64,000 nt of DNA from Planctomycetota bacterium (lineage in GTDB: Bacteria; Planctomycetota; SZUA-567; H5-PLA8): contig JBBRPR010000013.1 in assembly GCA_038227875.1 (NCBI GenBank), forward strand, positions 96,001-160,000, given 5' to 3'. Within the stretch, counting starts at the first letter, position 1; each line of letters opens with the position of its first letter. Below the pieces are notes generated by a model. That model was not told the DNA's origin. It saw only the letters and a list, made by a program, of their open reading frames with translations, and made no database searches. A program made the translations under genes and the position numbers. Positions 27,609 to 36,412 of the stretch are shown here, piece by piece.

Positions 27609-27843
27609 AAAAGAAGTCGATGAACTGATCGCGCTCGCGCGCACGTACTGCGAAATTCGCGCGCGATTGAACGATGCCCCTGCCGATTGGCCGGCCGACG
27701 AACGCACGCGCGCGCACCTCGCCCAGCTCGACGAGAAAATCGCGCTGCTGAACAGCTACAGCGAGCTGGACCGCAAGAAGGCCCGCGCCATCCGCAACAC
27801 CAACATCGTCCAATTGCATCGCACCCGGAGGGCGGCCCGATGA
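27589..27843 (+). CDS. Small (84-aa) helical hypothetical protein inside the operon
   Basis: GAGG RBS; overlaps the ThiF end; its TGA overlaps the nitroreductase ATG (ATGA); high-GC3 codon use. Confidence 0.65.
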   Translation: MPRQRSEKEVDELIALARTYCEIRARLNDAPADWPADERTRAHLAQLDEKIALLNSYSELDRKKARAIRNTNIVQLHRTRRAAR

Positions 27844-28910
27844 ACGTCATGGAATGCATTCCGCACGTGGCCGCGCCGACACTGCAAAAATGCCTGGCCG
27901 CCGCCGTGCGCGCGCCGTCCGGCGACAACACACAGCCCTGGCGTTTTGAAACGGATGACTCCGCTGGACGCATTTCCGTATTCATCGACGAAACGCGCGA
28001 TTCATCGCCGATGAACTGCGGGCAGACCATGTCGCGCATGGCCTGCGGCGCGGCGGTGGAAAACATCCTGATCCAGGCCGCCGCGGATGGCTGGGCCGCC
28101 TCCGTGGAAGAAGGCTTCGGCAACCACGTCGCCACGATTCAGCTCGATCAGGAATCGCCGCTGAGCCCCGTCACCCGCCAGACGCTGAACGCCATATACA
28201 ATCGCGTCAGCAACCGCCGCCTTTACGACGCCAGGCCCGTGGATCCGCTTGTGCTCTCCACGCTGAATGAATCGACCCCGCTCCTCGACGACGTCCGCAC
28301 GCATTGGTGCACCGAACGCAGCCGCATCAACACGCTTGCGCCGATCATTGGCGCGGCCGACGGCATTCTGTTTGGCGAAAGTTCAATGCGCAATGCCTTC
28401 CTCGCCAACGTCCGCTTCGATCGTCCGGTGAATGAAGAAGTCGACTCCGGTCTTTCGCTGGCGTCGCTGGAGCTCTCCCTGCCTGACCGCGCCGCCATGC
28501 GCATGATGAGTCATATTCCCAGCGTGGTGCTGAAAGCCACCGGCGCTTCGCGTCTCTTCAACCTGCACGCGCGGAAGCTGATCAAGAGCGCCTCCGGCGT
28601 TTGCGCGATCTCTGTTCCAGAAGCACACACGTCGTATTTCCAGGCCGGCCGAGCCCTCCAGCGGGCATGGCTGGTGCTCACGGAACTGGGCTTCGCCGTG
28701 CAGCCGATGATGTCCCTAATGGTCTTGCTGAATGCACTGCATCACGGATCGTCGCAACTGAAGGTGGCACTAGGCACTAAGCGGATAATTGAATTAGCAG
28801 CACAATTTGACACAGCAATTCCGGAATTCACCTGCAGAAAACCCCTGTTCCTGCTACGCTTTGGATACGCCAAATCACCGAGCGGACGGACAGGGCGATT
28901 GCAACCATGA
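27840..28910 (+). CDS. Nitroreductase-superfamily FMN oxidoreductase (Acg/Rv1355c/OxzB C-terminal-like)
   Basis: AVRAPSGDNTQPW, RVSNRR, GRALQRAWL...GFAVQP and RFGY motifs; GGAGG RBS before ATG 27840. Confidence 0.85.
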   Translation: MNVMECIPHVAAPTLQKCLAAAVRAPSGDNTQPWRFETDDSAGRISVFIDETRDSSPMNCGQTMSRMACGAAVENILIQAAADGWAASVEEGFGNHVATIQLDQESPLSPVTRQTLNAIYNRVSNRRLYDARPVDPLVLSTLNESTPLLDDVRTHWCTERSRINTLAPIIGAADGILFGESSMRNAFLANVRFDRPVNEEVDSGLSLASLELSLPDRAAMRMMSHIPSVVLKATGASRLFNLHARKLIKSASGVCAISVPEAHTSYFQAGRALQRAWLVLTELGFAVQPMMSLMVLLNALHHGSSQLKVALGTKRIIELAAQFDTAIPEFTCRKPLFLLRFGYAKSPSGRTGRLQP

Positions 28911-30052
28911 TGAGTATTGGATGGCGGAATTTGAAGCGCGATCCCTGGCGCGCGGCCGTCGCCGTGCTCGGGGTTGTCTTCGCTGTCGTCCTGGTCACTG
29001 TCGAAGTCGGCATGCTCATGGGCCTCGTCCGCAACGCCTCGCTCCTGATCGATCAATCTCGCGCCGATCTCTGGGTCTCCACCGTCGATGTGAAAACCTT
29101 CGACTTCGCCACGCCCGTGGACAACCGCAAGCGCTACCGCATCGCGGCTGTTCCCGGCGTCGATCATGTCGAAGAATTCAATGTCACCTACAGCGTCTGG
29201 AAATTGCCCAGCGGCGGAAACGCCAACTGCCAGGTCATTGCCCTCGACGAACACGGCACCCTCGCCCCGCCCTTGAACCTGATCGAAGGCAGTGTGGAAG
29301 CGCTGCACAACCAGGACGCCGTAATCATCGATAAAGGCGACTGCGCCAAGCTGGGCAACATCCACGTCGGCGACACGGTTGAAATCCTCGAACGCCGCGC
29401 CAGAGTCGTCGGGCTGACGCAGGGCATGAGTTCCTTCACCACCACGCCGTATATTTTCACGTCTCTGCGCCGCGGCGAGCGCTACGGATACCTGACTTCC
29501 GATTCCGGTTCGCCCAGCGGCAAGCAGTCGATTTATTTTCTGGTCAAACTCAGTCCCGGCGCCGATCTCGAAACCGTCCGCAATGCCATCACCTCGGGAA
29601 TTCCCGGCGTCGAAGTTCACACGCGCGAGAGCTTCAGTTACCGCACGCGAAAGTATTGGCTGATCGAGACGGGCGTGGGCCTGGGCTTCCTGGCCGCGGC
29701 CGTGCTGGGCTTGCTCGTCGGCGGCGTGATCGTCTCGCAGATTCTTTACGCCATGACCATGGAAAAACTCCCCGAGTTTGGCGTGATGAAAGCGCTCGGC
29801 GCGGGCATGGGTGAAATCTCCCGCGTCGTCCTCGACCAGGGCCTGATCTGCGGCGGCGTCGGGCTGGTCATCGGAATCGCCTGCAGTTATGGCATCGCCG
29901 CGGCGGCAGCGGCGGCGGGAACCACGGTTGAAATTCCCACTGGACTGCTCATCGGCGTTTCGGTGATCACCGCATTGCTGTGTACGTTTGCGTCCCTGTT
30001 TTCAATTCTCCGCTTACGGCGCGTCGAGCCGGGGATGGTGTTCCGCACATGA
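28907..30052 (+). CDS. ABC exporter permease (FtsX/MacB/DevC-like)
   Basis: N-terminal TM, periplasmic domain, three C-terminal TMs, EFGVMKALGA; ATGA-coupled to the previous gene. Confidence 0.9.
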   Translation: MMSIGWRNLKRDPWRAAVAVLGVVFAVVLVTVEVGMLMGLVRNASLLIDQSRADLWVSTVDVKTFDFATPVDNRKRYRIAAVPGVDHVEEFNVTYSVWKLPSGGNANCQVIALDEHGTLAPPLNLIEGSVEALHNQDAVIIDKGDCAKLGNIHVGDTVEILERRARVVGLTQGMSSFTTTPYIFTSLRRGERYGYLTSDSGSPSGKQSIYFLVKLSPGADLETVRNAITSGIPGVEVHTRESFSYRTRKYWLIETGVGLGFLAAAVLGLLVGGVIVSQILYAMTMEKLPEFGVMKALGAGMGEISRVVLDQGLICGGVGLVIGIACSYGIAAAAAAAGTTVEIPTGLLIGVSVITALLCTFASLFSILRLRRVEPGMVFRT

Positions 30053-30795
30053 CCCCCACAATCTCGGTGCGCTCCGTCTCCAAGCACTACGCAGGCGGCG
30101 AATCCTGGGCCGTCCGCGGCATCTCGCTCTCCGTGTTTCCCGCTGAAGTCACCGTGCTGATGGGACCCTCGGGCAGCGGCAAGACAACGCTGCTCTCCAT
30201 GATCGGCGGCGTCCTTACGCCCACCGAAGGCTCGCTCAGTGTCTGCGGCGTGGAACTCAGCGGCTGCGACGAATCGCAATTGCAGAGCTTCCGGCGCGGC
30301 CAGATCGGTTTCATTTTCCAGAGCTTCAATCTGCTCTCGTCGCTGACCGCGCTGGAAAACATTGAACTGGCGCTTTCCCTGCGCGGCAAAGGACCCTCGA
30401 CTGCCGCGGAACTGCTCGACCATGTCGGCCTGGCCGCCAAAGCGCAGGCGTATCCGATGGAACTGTCCGGCGGACAGCGCCAGCGCATCGGCGTCGCACG
30501 CGCGCTGGCCGGCGATCCTCCGGTGCTCCTGGCCGACGAACCGACCGCCGCGCTCGATGCCTTTCAAGGCCGCCGCGTCATGGATCTGCTCCGCACCCGC
30601 GCCCGTGAATCCGGCACGACGGTGCTGGTCGTCACGCACGATCCGCGTGTCCGTGAATTCGCCGACCGCGTGATCGAGATGGAAGATGGAAAACTCAAGC
30701 GCATCGTCCGCCGCGTGCGGCCGGAGCAGGCTGAGGATGGGCAGTGGTTGGTTTCCCGAACCGGCACGATTGTAGCCGAGACTGCGAGCACCTGA
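30049..30795 (+). CDS. ABC transporter ATP-binding protein (LolD/DevA-like)
   Basis: GPSGSGKTT, LSGGQRQR, LLADEPT and VTHD motifs; ATGA-coupled. Confidence 0.93.
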   Translation: MTPTISVRSVSKHYAGGESWAVRGISLSVFPAEVTVLMGPSGSGKTTLLSMIGGVLTPTEGSLSVCGVELSGCDESQLQSFRRGQIGFIFQSFNLLSSLTALENIELALSLRGKGPSTAAELLDHVGLAAKAQAYPMELSGGQRQRIGVARALAGDPPVLLADEPTAALDAFQGRRVMDLLRTRARESGTTVLVVTHDPRVREFADRVIEMEDGKLKRIVRRVRPEQAEDGQWLVSRTGTIVAETAST

Positions 30796-32441
30796 TGGCC
30801 AAAGAGGCCAAAGAACCCTCCGAGTCCACCCCTGCCGCCGCCCCCCAGGCTGCCGCCCATGATCTCATGGACGCGGAAGCGGCTCGTCAGCTCTTGAAAA
30901 TGCCGGCGGCCAAGTTCGAATTGCTCATCTCCACCGGACAGGTACGCGTCTTCCGTTCCGACGGACAGCCGTGCTTCCGCCGCGAAGACATTGCCGCGCT
31001 GGCCTTGAAGCGACAGGCCGCGCCGGCCAAGAGCGCCGCACCGCGCAAAGTTGCTCCGCCTGCGGCTGCTCCCGCCGCACCGGGCGCATCTGCCGCGAAA
31101 TCCTCTCCGCGCAGTGAAGCCGTGAAACCGCCGGCGTCCAAGGCCACTCCTTCCATTCCCAAGCCTTCTGAACCCGACGATATGGAAGAGGAGGAATTTG
31201 AAGAACCGCCGCCGCCCGCGCCGCGCCAGAAATCACGCGCCGTCTCGCGGTTCCTGTTGCCGGCCGCGATCGTGATCGCGATCATCGCATTCGCCTGGAC
31301 CTTCAACACCGCCAGCAAACACAGCGAGCTGCCGATGGCAGTACCGCCGCCCGCGCCGGGAGCTTTCGCCAATTCGAAGGCGGCACCGGGGCTGATCGAA
31401 TCCGTCTCTGGCGAACGCCCGCTCTCCTTTGAGGTAGGTGGAAAAATTCACGCCGTCCTGGTCGAAGAAGGCCAGTCCGTGAATGTCGGCGATACGATCG
31501 CTGAGCTGGAAAACGCGGACCTGAACGCGAAGCTGAAATCCAGCCAGGCCGATTTAAGCGCCGCCGAGGCGAAGCTGGGCATGCTCAATGGCAATCTCGA
31601 GAGCGATCTCAAGAAATCCGAAAGCGAAGTCGCACGGTTGAAGGCCGAAATACTCCTGCTCGAACCCCGCAAGGAAGACATTGAGCGCGCGCGCGCCGAA
31701 ACGGCCGCAACCGAGGCCGACTGCACGCGCCTGACTGAGGACGCCAAGCGCAACGCCGACATCCATGCTCAGAATACGGGAGCGGTGCCGCAGCAACTCG
31801 TCGATCAGACGAAACGGCTCGCGGAAGCAGCCGCCGCAAAATGCAACGCCTCGAAAGCCCAGCTTCACGCTCTGGAAGCCGGTTCGCGTCCCGAGGAAAA
31901 GGATCGTCTCAGTGCCATGCTCGCGAGCGCCGAAGCCGAAGTCTCCCGCCAGAAAACCACCAGCGCGTATCAAATCCAGTCCGTTCAGGCGCAGGTTGAT
32001 CAGTCCAAAGCGCAAGTCGAGCTGGTCAAGGCCGACCTGCAGAAGACGCGCATCGTATCGGCCAGTTCCGGCACGGTGGTGCGGAAGTACATGCATCCCG
32101 GCGAAGTGATTGATGCGCTCCACCCGCAACCGGTGGTCACCGTTGCCGACCTGACCCAACTGCGCGTCCGCGCCGATGTCGACGAAGCGGACTTTCCGGG
32201 CATCTCCGTCGGTCAGCGCGTGAAGATCACCGCGGACGCCTGGGAGGAAGGAAAATTCCTGACTGGAGTTGTCGAACGCATCAGCACCACCACCGGACAG
32301 AAGCGCTTCTCCACCGGCGAAGCCCGCGAGAAGATGGACATCAAGATCGTCGAAACGATCGTGAAGTTCGACGCACCGCCGCCACCCAAGCTCGTCAAGC
32401 TCAACCTGCGCGTCACCGCCTACTTCGAAATCTCGAAGTAA
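30795..32441 (+). CDS. HlyD/DevB-like periplasmic adaptor with an N-terminal HTH_17-like domain
   Basis: TGATG coupling; TM FLLPAAIVIAIIAFAW; lipoyl halves GKIHAVLVEEGQSV and SGTVVRKYMHPGE; coiled coil; N-terminal LMDAEAARQLL...GQVRVFR...FRREDI. Confidence 0.88.
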   Translation: MAKEAKEPSESTPAAAPQAAAHDLMDAEAARQLLKMPAAKFELLISTGQVRVFRSDGQPCFRREDIAALALKRQAAPAKSAAPRKVAPPAAAPAAPGASAAKSSPRSEAVKPPASKATPSIPKPSEPDDMEEEEFEEPPPPAPRQKSRAVSRFLLPAAIVIAIIAFAWTFNTASKHSELPMAVPPPAPGAFANSKAAPGLIESVSGERPLSFEVGGKIHAVLVEEGQSVNVGDTIAELENADLNAKLKSSQADLSAAEAKLGMLNGNLESDLKKSESEVARLKAEILLLEPRKEDIERARAETAATEADCTRLTEDAKRNADIHAQNTGAVPQQLVDQTKRLAEAAAAKCNASKAQLHALEAGSRPEEKDRLSAMLASAEAEVSRQKTTSAYQIQSVQAQVDQSKAQVELVKADLQKTRIVSASSGTVVRKYMHPGEVIDALHPQPVVTVADLTQLRVRADVDEADFPGISVGQRVKITADAWEEGKFLTGVVERISTTTGQKRFSTGEAREKMDIKIVETIVKFDAPPPPKLVKLNLRVTAYFEISK

Positions 32442-32472
32442 CGCGAGTTGTGAGTACAGCTTCGGAAAACTC

Positions 32473-32507
32473 AAAAAAAGCGGCGGATTTTCTCTGCCGT
32501 TTTTTTT
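32473..32507 (+). terminator. Intrinsic terminator ending the module B operon
   Basis: A-tract, GCGGCGGA/TCTGCCGT stem and long T-tract. Confidence 0.8.
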
Positions 32508-32622
32508 GTATCACCGCCTCCGCACCTCAAATTACAATTAAAGGGGCACCTTCCGACTGCCGATAATGTTCACGACGGTCAAACGTTGAACTTACGGCAC
32601 GTTGCGAAAGGACGAGCGCCCC

Positions 32623-33528
32623 ATGAACCGACTCTGTTCGTTTTTGAAGCCCTGGACCATTAACGCCGCCCGGGTTGGCCTGGTGGGACTGCTGCTGGCT
32701 GGCGTCACCGGCTGCGACAAGGACGATCAGGACGGGCCTGTTCCCGCCTCCTCGACCAAGGTCATCCCGACGCGACCCGAAGCACTAAGCCTTGCGCGCC
32801 AGGACATCAGGGCCGGCAACGGTCCCAGCGCTCAACAGCGCGTCGAAGCATACCTGAAAGAAAATCGGACCACGCCGTTCCGCGCGGAAGCCGAATACCT
32901 GCTCGGCCAGGCCTTCACCACGCAGGGCGATTTCGACACCGGCAAGAAGCATCTGGAAATCGCCATCGACGAAGCGCAGGATCGCGATCTCAAGGCCTTC
33001 GCCATGCTCGGCCGCGCCAACTGCAATATGGAAATGAAGGCTTACCACCTCGCCAGCCGCCAGTACCACTGGCTGGAAACGATGTACCGCGACGTGAAGG
33101 GTTTGCCGCAGGACGAAATCATGTTCAAGCTCGGCCTCTCCTCCAAGCGCGCCGGAGCTCCCGAAACCGCCGACTACTGGTTCAACCGCGTGATTGAACT
33201 TTACGCCACCGGCCCGTACGCCGAAGACGCCAAGCGCGAGAACTCCAAGTACACGCCCTCGAACTCCAGCGATAAGCCGCTGGTCTACTCGCTGGAATTC
33301 AAGAATTACAATGATGAAAAGAAGGCCAACGAAGAAGCCGATATTCTCCGCGCCAAGGGCTACCGCGACGTGGAAGTCATCCCGACGTCACGCAATGGTT
33401 TCGCGACGTGGGAAGTCCACATCGGCAAGTTCTACAATAAGAACGACGCCCAGCTCGCCAAGACCGACGCCGATCTCGCCGGCCTCGACACGCACATTCG
33501 CCCGGCCATCGTCGAACCGATGAAATAG
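32623..33528 (+). CDS. Lipoprotein with TPR repeats and a C-terminal SPOR-like domain
   Basis: Lipobox AGVTG|C; TPR (AEYLLGQA, IMFKLG); C-terminal LRAKGY...WEVHIGKF SPOR-like pattern. Confidence 0.75.
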   Translation: MNRLCSFLKPWTINAARVGLVGLLLAGVTGCDKDDQDGPVPASSTKVIPTRPEALSLARQDIRAGNGPSAQQRVEAYLKENRTTPFRAEAEYLLGQAFTTQGDFDTGKKHLEIAIDEAQDRDLKAFAMLGRANCNMEMKAYHLASRQYHWLETMYRDVKGLPQDEIMFKLGLSSKRAGAPETADYWFNRVIELYATGPYAEDAKRENSKYTPSNSSDKPLVYSLEFKNYNDEKKANEEADILRAKGYRDVEVIPTSRNGFATWEVHIGKFYNKNDAQLAKTDADLAGLDTHIRPAIVEPMK

Positions 33529-33554
33529 TCGCCCGATCGGACTTCCGCTTTAAG

Positions 33555-33587
33555 ACGCCCGGAGCTTGCTCCGGGCGTTTTCATTTT
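33555..33587 (+). terminator. Intrinsic terminator
   Basis: ACGCCCGGAGC-tt-GCTCCGGGCGT followed by TTTCATTTT. Confidence 0.75.
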
Positions 33588-33603
33588 CCGGCGGTAGCTG
33601 TTA

Positions 33604-33705
33604 ATCTCACGCAAAGCCGCAAAGACGCTAAGAACAGCTAACGGCGGGAAGCGGGATTGGGGATTCGCCGATGCGGATTCGCGACGAATCCCGATTCCCG
33701 CCGTT
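33604..33705. repeat. REP-like intergenic palindromic element
   Basis: CGCAAAG/CGCTAAG short repeats, then 19-bp inverted arms at 33640..33658 and 33687..33705 (18/19 match). Confidence 0.55.
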
Positions 33706-33745
33706 GCATGAGCATAAACACGTTCTCCGACCAAGGCGGGACCGC

Positions 33746-35218
33746 ATGCCAAAGAACGTCCTCTTCATCATCGCCGACCAGTTCCGCGCCGACTGCCTTG
33801 GCGCCGCCGGAAATCCATTAATCAAGACGCCGAATCTCGACGCACTGGCCGCGGCGGGCGTGCTGTTTTCGCACGCATTCATCCAGACGACACCTTGCGG
33901 ACCCAGCCGCATGTCGATCTTCAATAGCCGCTACCTCTGTTCCACGCGCGCCGTCGAGAATATGACTCCGTTGCCCGACGCCGACGACAATCTGGCCGCG
34001 GCGTTGCGTCATGGCGGCTACGCGCCGGCGCTGATTGGCTACAACGACTACGCTATCGATCCGCGCATCCTTCCGGCCGGCGATCCGCGCACGGTCTCGC
34101 TCAGCTACGACAACGTACTTCCCGGCTTCGATTGGGTTCTTAATCACACTTACGATTCCAGCGAGTACTTCGATTGGCTGCGCAAAAAGGGCTATCCCGA
34201 AGAACTCCTGAGCCACAAAGCGATCCACGCGCCCGCAGTGCCGCCGCAAGGCCCCGGCGATCACCTGCCGCTCCACTACCCCGCCCGCTACCGCGTCGAA
34301 CACAGCGAATGCCGCTTCCTGACCGAAGTCGCCACAGATTGGATCCGCGCGCGCCCGGAGACGGGCAACTGGTTCCTCAGCCTCAACTACATCAAGCCCC
34401 ACCCGCCGCGCATCTGCGCCGCGCCGTACCATCAAATGTACGACCCCGCGAAAATGCCCGCCGCCAATCGCCGCGCCGAAGAACTCACCGATCCGCAGGT
34501 CAGCAAACGCTTCATGCACCACCATCCGAAACTCGTCTCCGAGCGCGATCTCCGTGAAACGCAGGCGTGTTACTACGGAATGATCTCGGAACTCGACGAG
34601 AGCCTCGGCCTGCTCTTCGCCGAGCTCAAACGCACCGGGCGCTGGGACGACACACTGATCATCTTTTCATCCGATCATGGTGAATACCTGGGCGATCATT
34701 ACCTGCTCGACAAAATGTACTTCTACGATGAGACCATGCGCGTCCCGATGATCGTGCGCGATCCGTCGAACTCCGCCGACGCCACGCGCGGAAAGCAGTT
34801 CAACGGCTTCGTCGAATCGATCGACGTGGCGCCGACCATCTTGCAGCACCTCGGCATCCCCGCGCCGGAACGTTTCCAGGGCCGCAGCCTGCTGCCGGCA
34901 CTGCGCGGAGAAGCCAACGCGCTCAAGACGGAAATCTTCTACGAGGACGATTTCCGCTCCAACCGCGTCCCGGGGATCGATCCGGAACGCAGTCTGCTGT
35001 GGGTGATCCGCGATCACCGCTTCAAGTACGTGCAGTTCGCCGATGAATCGATGCCGTCGTTCCTCTTCGATCTGAAATCCGATGCCGGCGAGCAGGTCAA
35101 TCTGGCGGCGCGCCCCGAACACGCGGCGACGGTAGCCGACTTCTGCCAGCGGCTGTTGCGCTGGCGCATGAAGCACGAAGACCACAGAATGGAACGTTGG
35201 GCCTCACAGTACCGATAG
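33746..35218 (+). CDS. Sulfatase/alkaline-phosphatase superfamily hydrolase, phosphonate monoester hydrolase-like
   Basis: NVLFIIADQFRAD, TPNLD, CGPSR formylglycine motif, GYAPALIGY, PHPP and SDHGEYLGDH. Confidence 0.85.
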   Translation: MPKNVLFIIADQFRADCLGAAGNPLIKTPNLDALAAAGVLFSHAFIQTTPCGPSRMSIFNSRYLCSTRAVENMTPLPDADDNLAAALRHGGYAPALIGYNDYAIDPRILPAGDPRTVSLSYDNVLPGFDWVLNHTYDSSEYFDWLRKKGYPEELLSHKAIHAPAVPPQGPGDHLPLHYPARYRVEHSECRFLTEVATDWIRARPETGNWFLSLNYIKPHPPRICAAPYHQMYDPAKMPAANRRAEELTDPQVSKRFMHHHPKLVSERDLRETQACYYGMISELDESLGLLFAELKRTGRWDDTLIIFSSDHGEYLGDHYLLDKMYFYDETMRVPMIVRDPSNSADATRGKQFNGFVESIDVAPTILQHLGIPAPERFQGRSLLPALRGEANALKTEIFYEDDFRSNRVPGIDPERSLLWVIRDHRFKYVQFADESMPSFLFDLKSDAGEQVNLAARPEHAATVADFCQRLLRWRMKHEDHRMERWASQYR

Positions 35219-35238
35219 TGTTTCCGAACGGAGCACCC

Positions 35239-36261
35239 ATGAAATCATTCGCAAGCGACAACTATGCCGGCGTTCACCCGGCCGTTCTGGATGCCATCGG
35301 CAAGGCCAACGTCGCGCACGCGCGAGCGTACGGTTACGATGAGGTCACGGCCGAAGCAGAAGCCCTTTTCAAGCGGGAGTTTGACGCCTCCATCGCCGTG
35401 CATTTTGTGCTGATCGGCACCGCGGCGAATGTGCTCTCGATCAAAACGCTCGCCACGTCATACGAAGCCGCGATCGTCTCCCAGGACTCGCACCTCAACA
35501 ACGACGAGTGCGGCGCGCCCGAGCATCTCGCCTGCAAGTTGCGCCCCATCCCCCCGACCCATGGCAAGCTGCGCCCGCAGGACCTGGAACCGTGCTTCAT
35601 CAATCTCGACGAACACCGCGTCCGGCCGAAAGTCATCTCCATTTCGCAGTCCACCGAATGGGGCACGGTTTATTCCATCGCGGAGACCCGAGCGCTCGCG
35701 GACTTTGCCCACAAGCACGGCTGCTACCTCCACGTCGACGGCGCGCGCATCGCCAACGCGGCGGCGTCGCTCAACGTTTCGCTGCGGCAGCTCACCGTCG
35801 ATGCAGGCGTCGATGTGCTCTCCTTCGGCGGCACGAAAAACGGAATGATGTGCGGCGAAGCCGTGGTCTTTTTCGATGGCGCGCTCGCGAAGGATTTCAA
35901 ATACATCCGCAAGCAGAACATGCAGCTCGCCTCGAAGATGCGTTTCATCTCCGCGCAGTTTGTGGCGATGCTCACCAATGAACTCTGGCGCAAGAACGCG
36001 GCGCATGCCAACGCCATGGCCAAAATGCTGGCCGAAAGCATCCGCGGCGTGGCGCGCGTGAAAATCATCGAAAGCGTCGACGCCAACGCGCTTTTCGTTC
36101 AGCTTCCGCCGGAATGCGTCGAGCCGCTGCGCGAACGCTTCCCCTTCTATCTCTGGAAGGAACGCGAATCGATCGCGCGCTGGATGACCGCGTTCGATAC
36201 CACGCCGGAAGAGATTCGCGAATTTGCCGCGCTGGTTGCGAAGATCTGCGCCGCCAAGTAA
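35239..36261 (+). CDS. ltaE: Low-specificity L-threonine aldolase
   Basis: FASDNYAG, GTAAN, DECGAPE, HVDGARIANA and SFGGTKNG motifs; GGAG RBS. Confidence 0.9.
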   Translation: MKSFASDNYAGVHPAVLDAIGKANVAHARAYGYDEVTAEAEALFKREFDASIAVHFVLIGTAANVLSIKTLATSYEAAIVSQDSHLNNDECGAPEHLACKLRPIPPTHGKLRPQDLEPCFINLDEHRVRPKVISISQSTEWGTVYSIAETRALADFAHKHGCYLHVDGARIANAAASLNVSLRQLTVDAGVDVLSFGGTKNGMMCGEAVVFFDGALAKDFKYIRKQNMQLASKMRFISAQFVAMLTNELWRKNAAHANAMAKMLAESIRGVARVKIIESVDANALFVQLPPECVEPLRERFPFYLWKERESIARWMTAFDTTPEEIREFAALVAKICAAK

Positions 36262-36412
36262 TGAGACGACTTTGTCTATCGATGTAACCTTGTTGCAAAT
36301 TTGCAGCAGGGTATCTGCTGATCGATGGATAAAACCTCGCACATACTCCGAAGCTTGATTCGCCCACGGATTGCGCTAGGAATGACACCTCATTTTGGAG
36401 GACAGAGTAGAC

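Noticed and set aside
14332..27843. ThiF genes as ubiquitin-like/E1 defence, thiamine/Moco sulfur transfer, or microcin C-type RiPP enzymes
   Set aside because: No E2, JAB, ThiS/MoaD or GG-ending protein nearby, no CxxC zinc pairs, and no short Asn-ending precursor seen. The FeeM and nitroreductase context fits acyl-amino-acid chemistry better.
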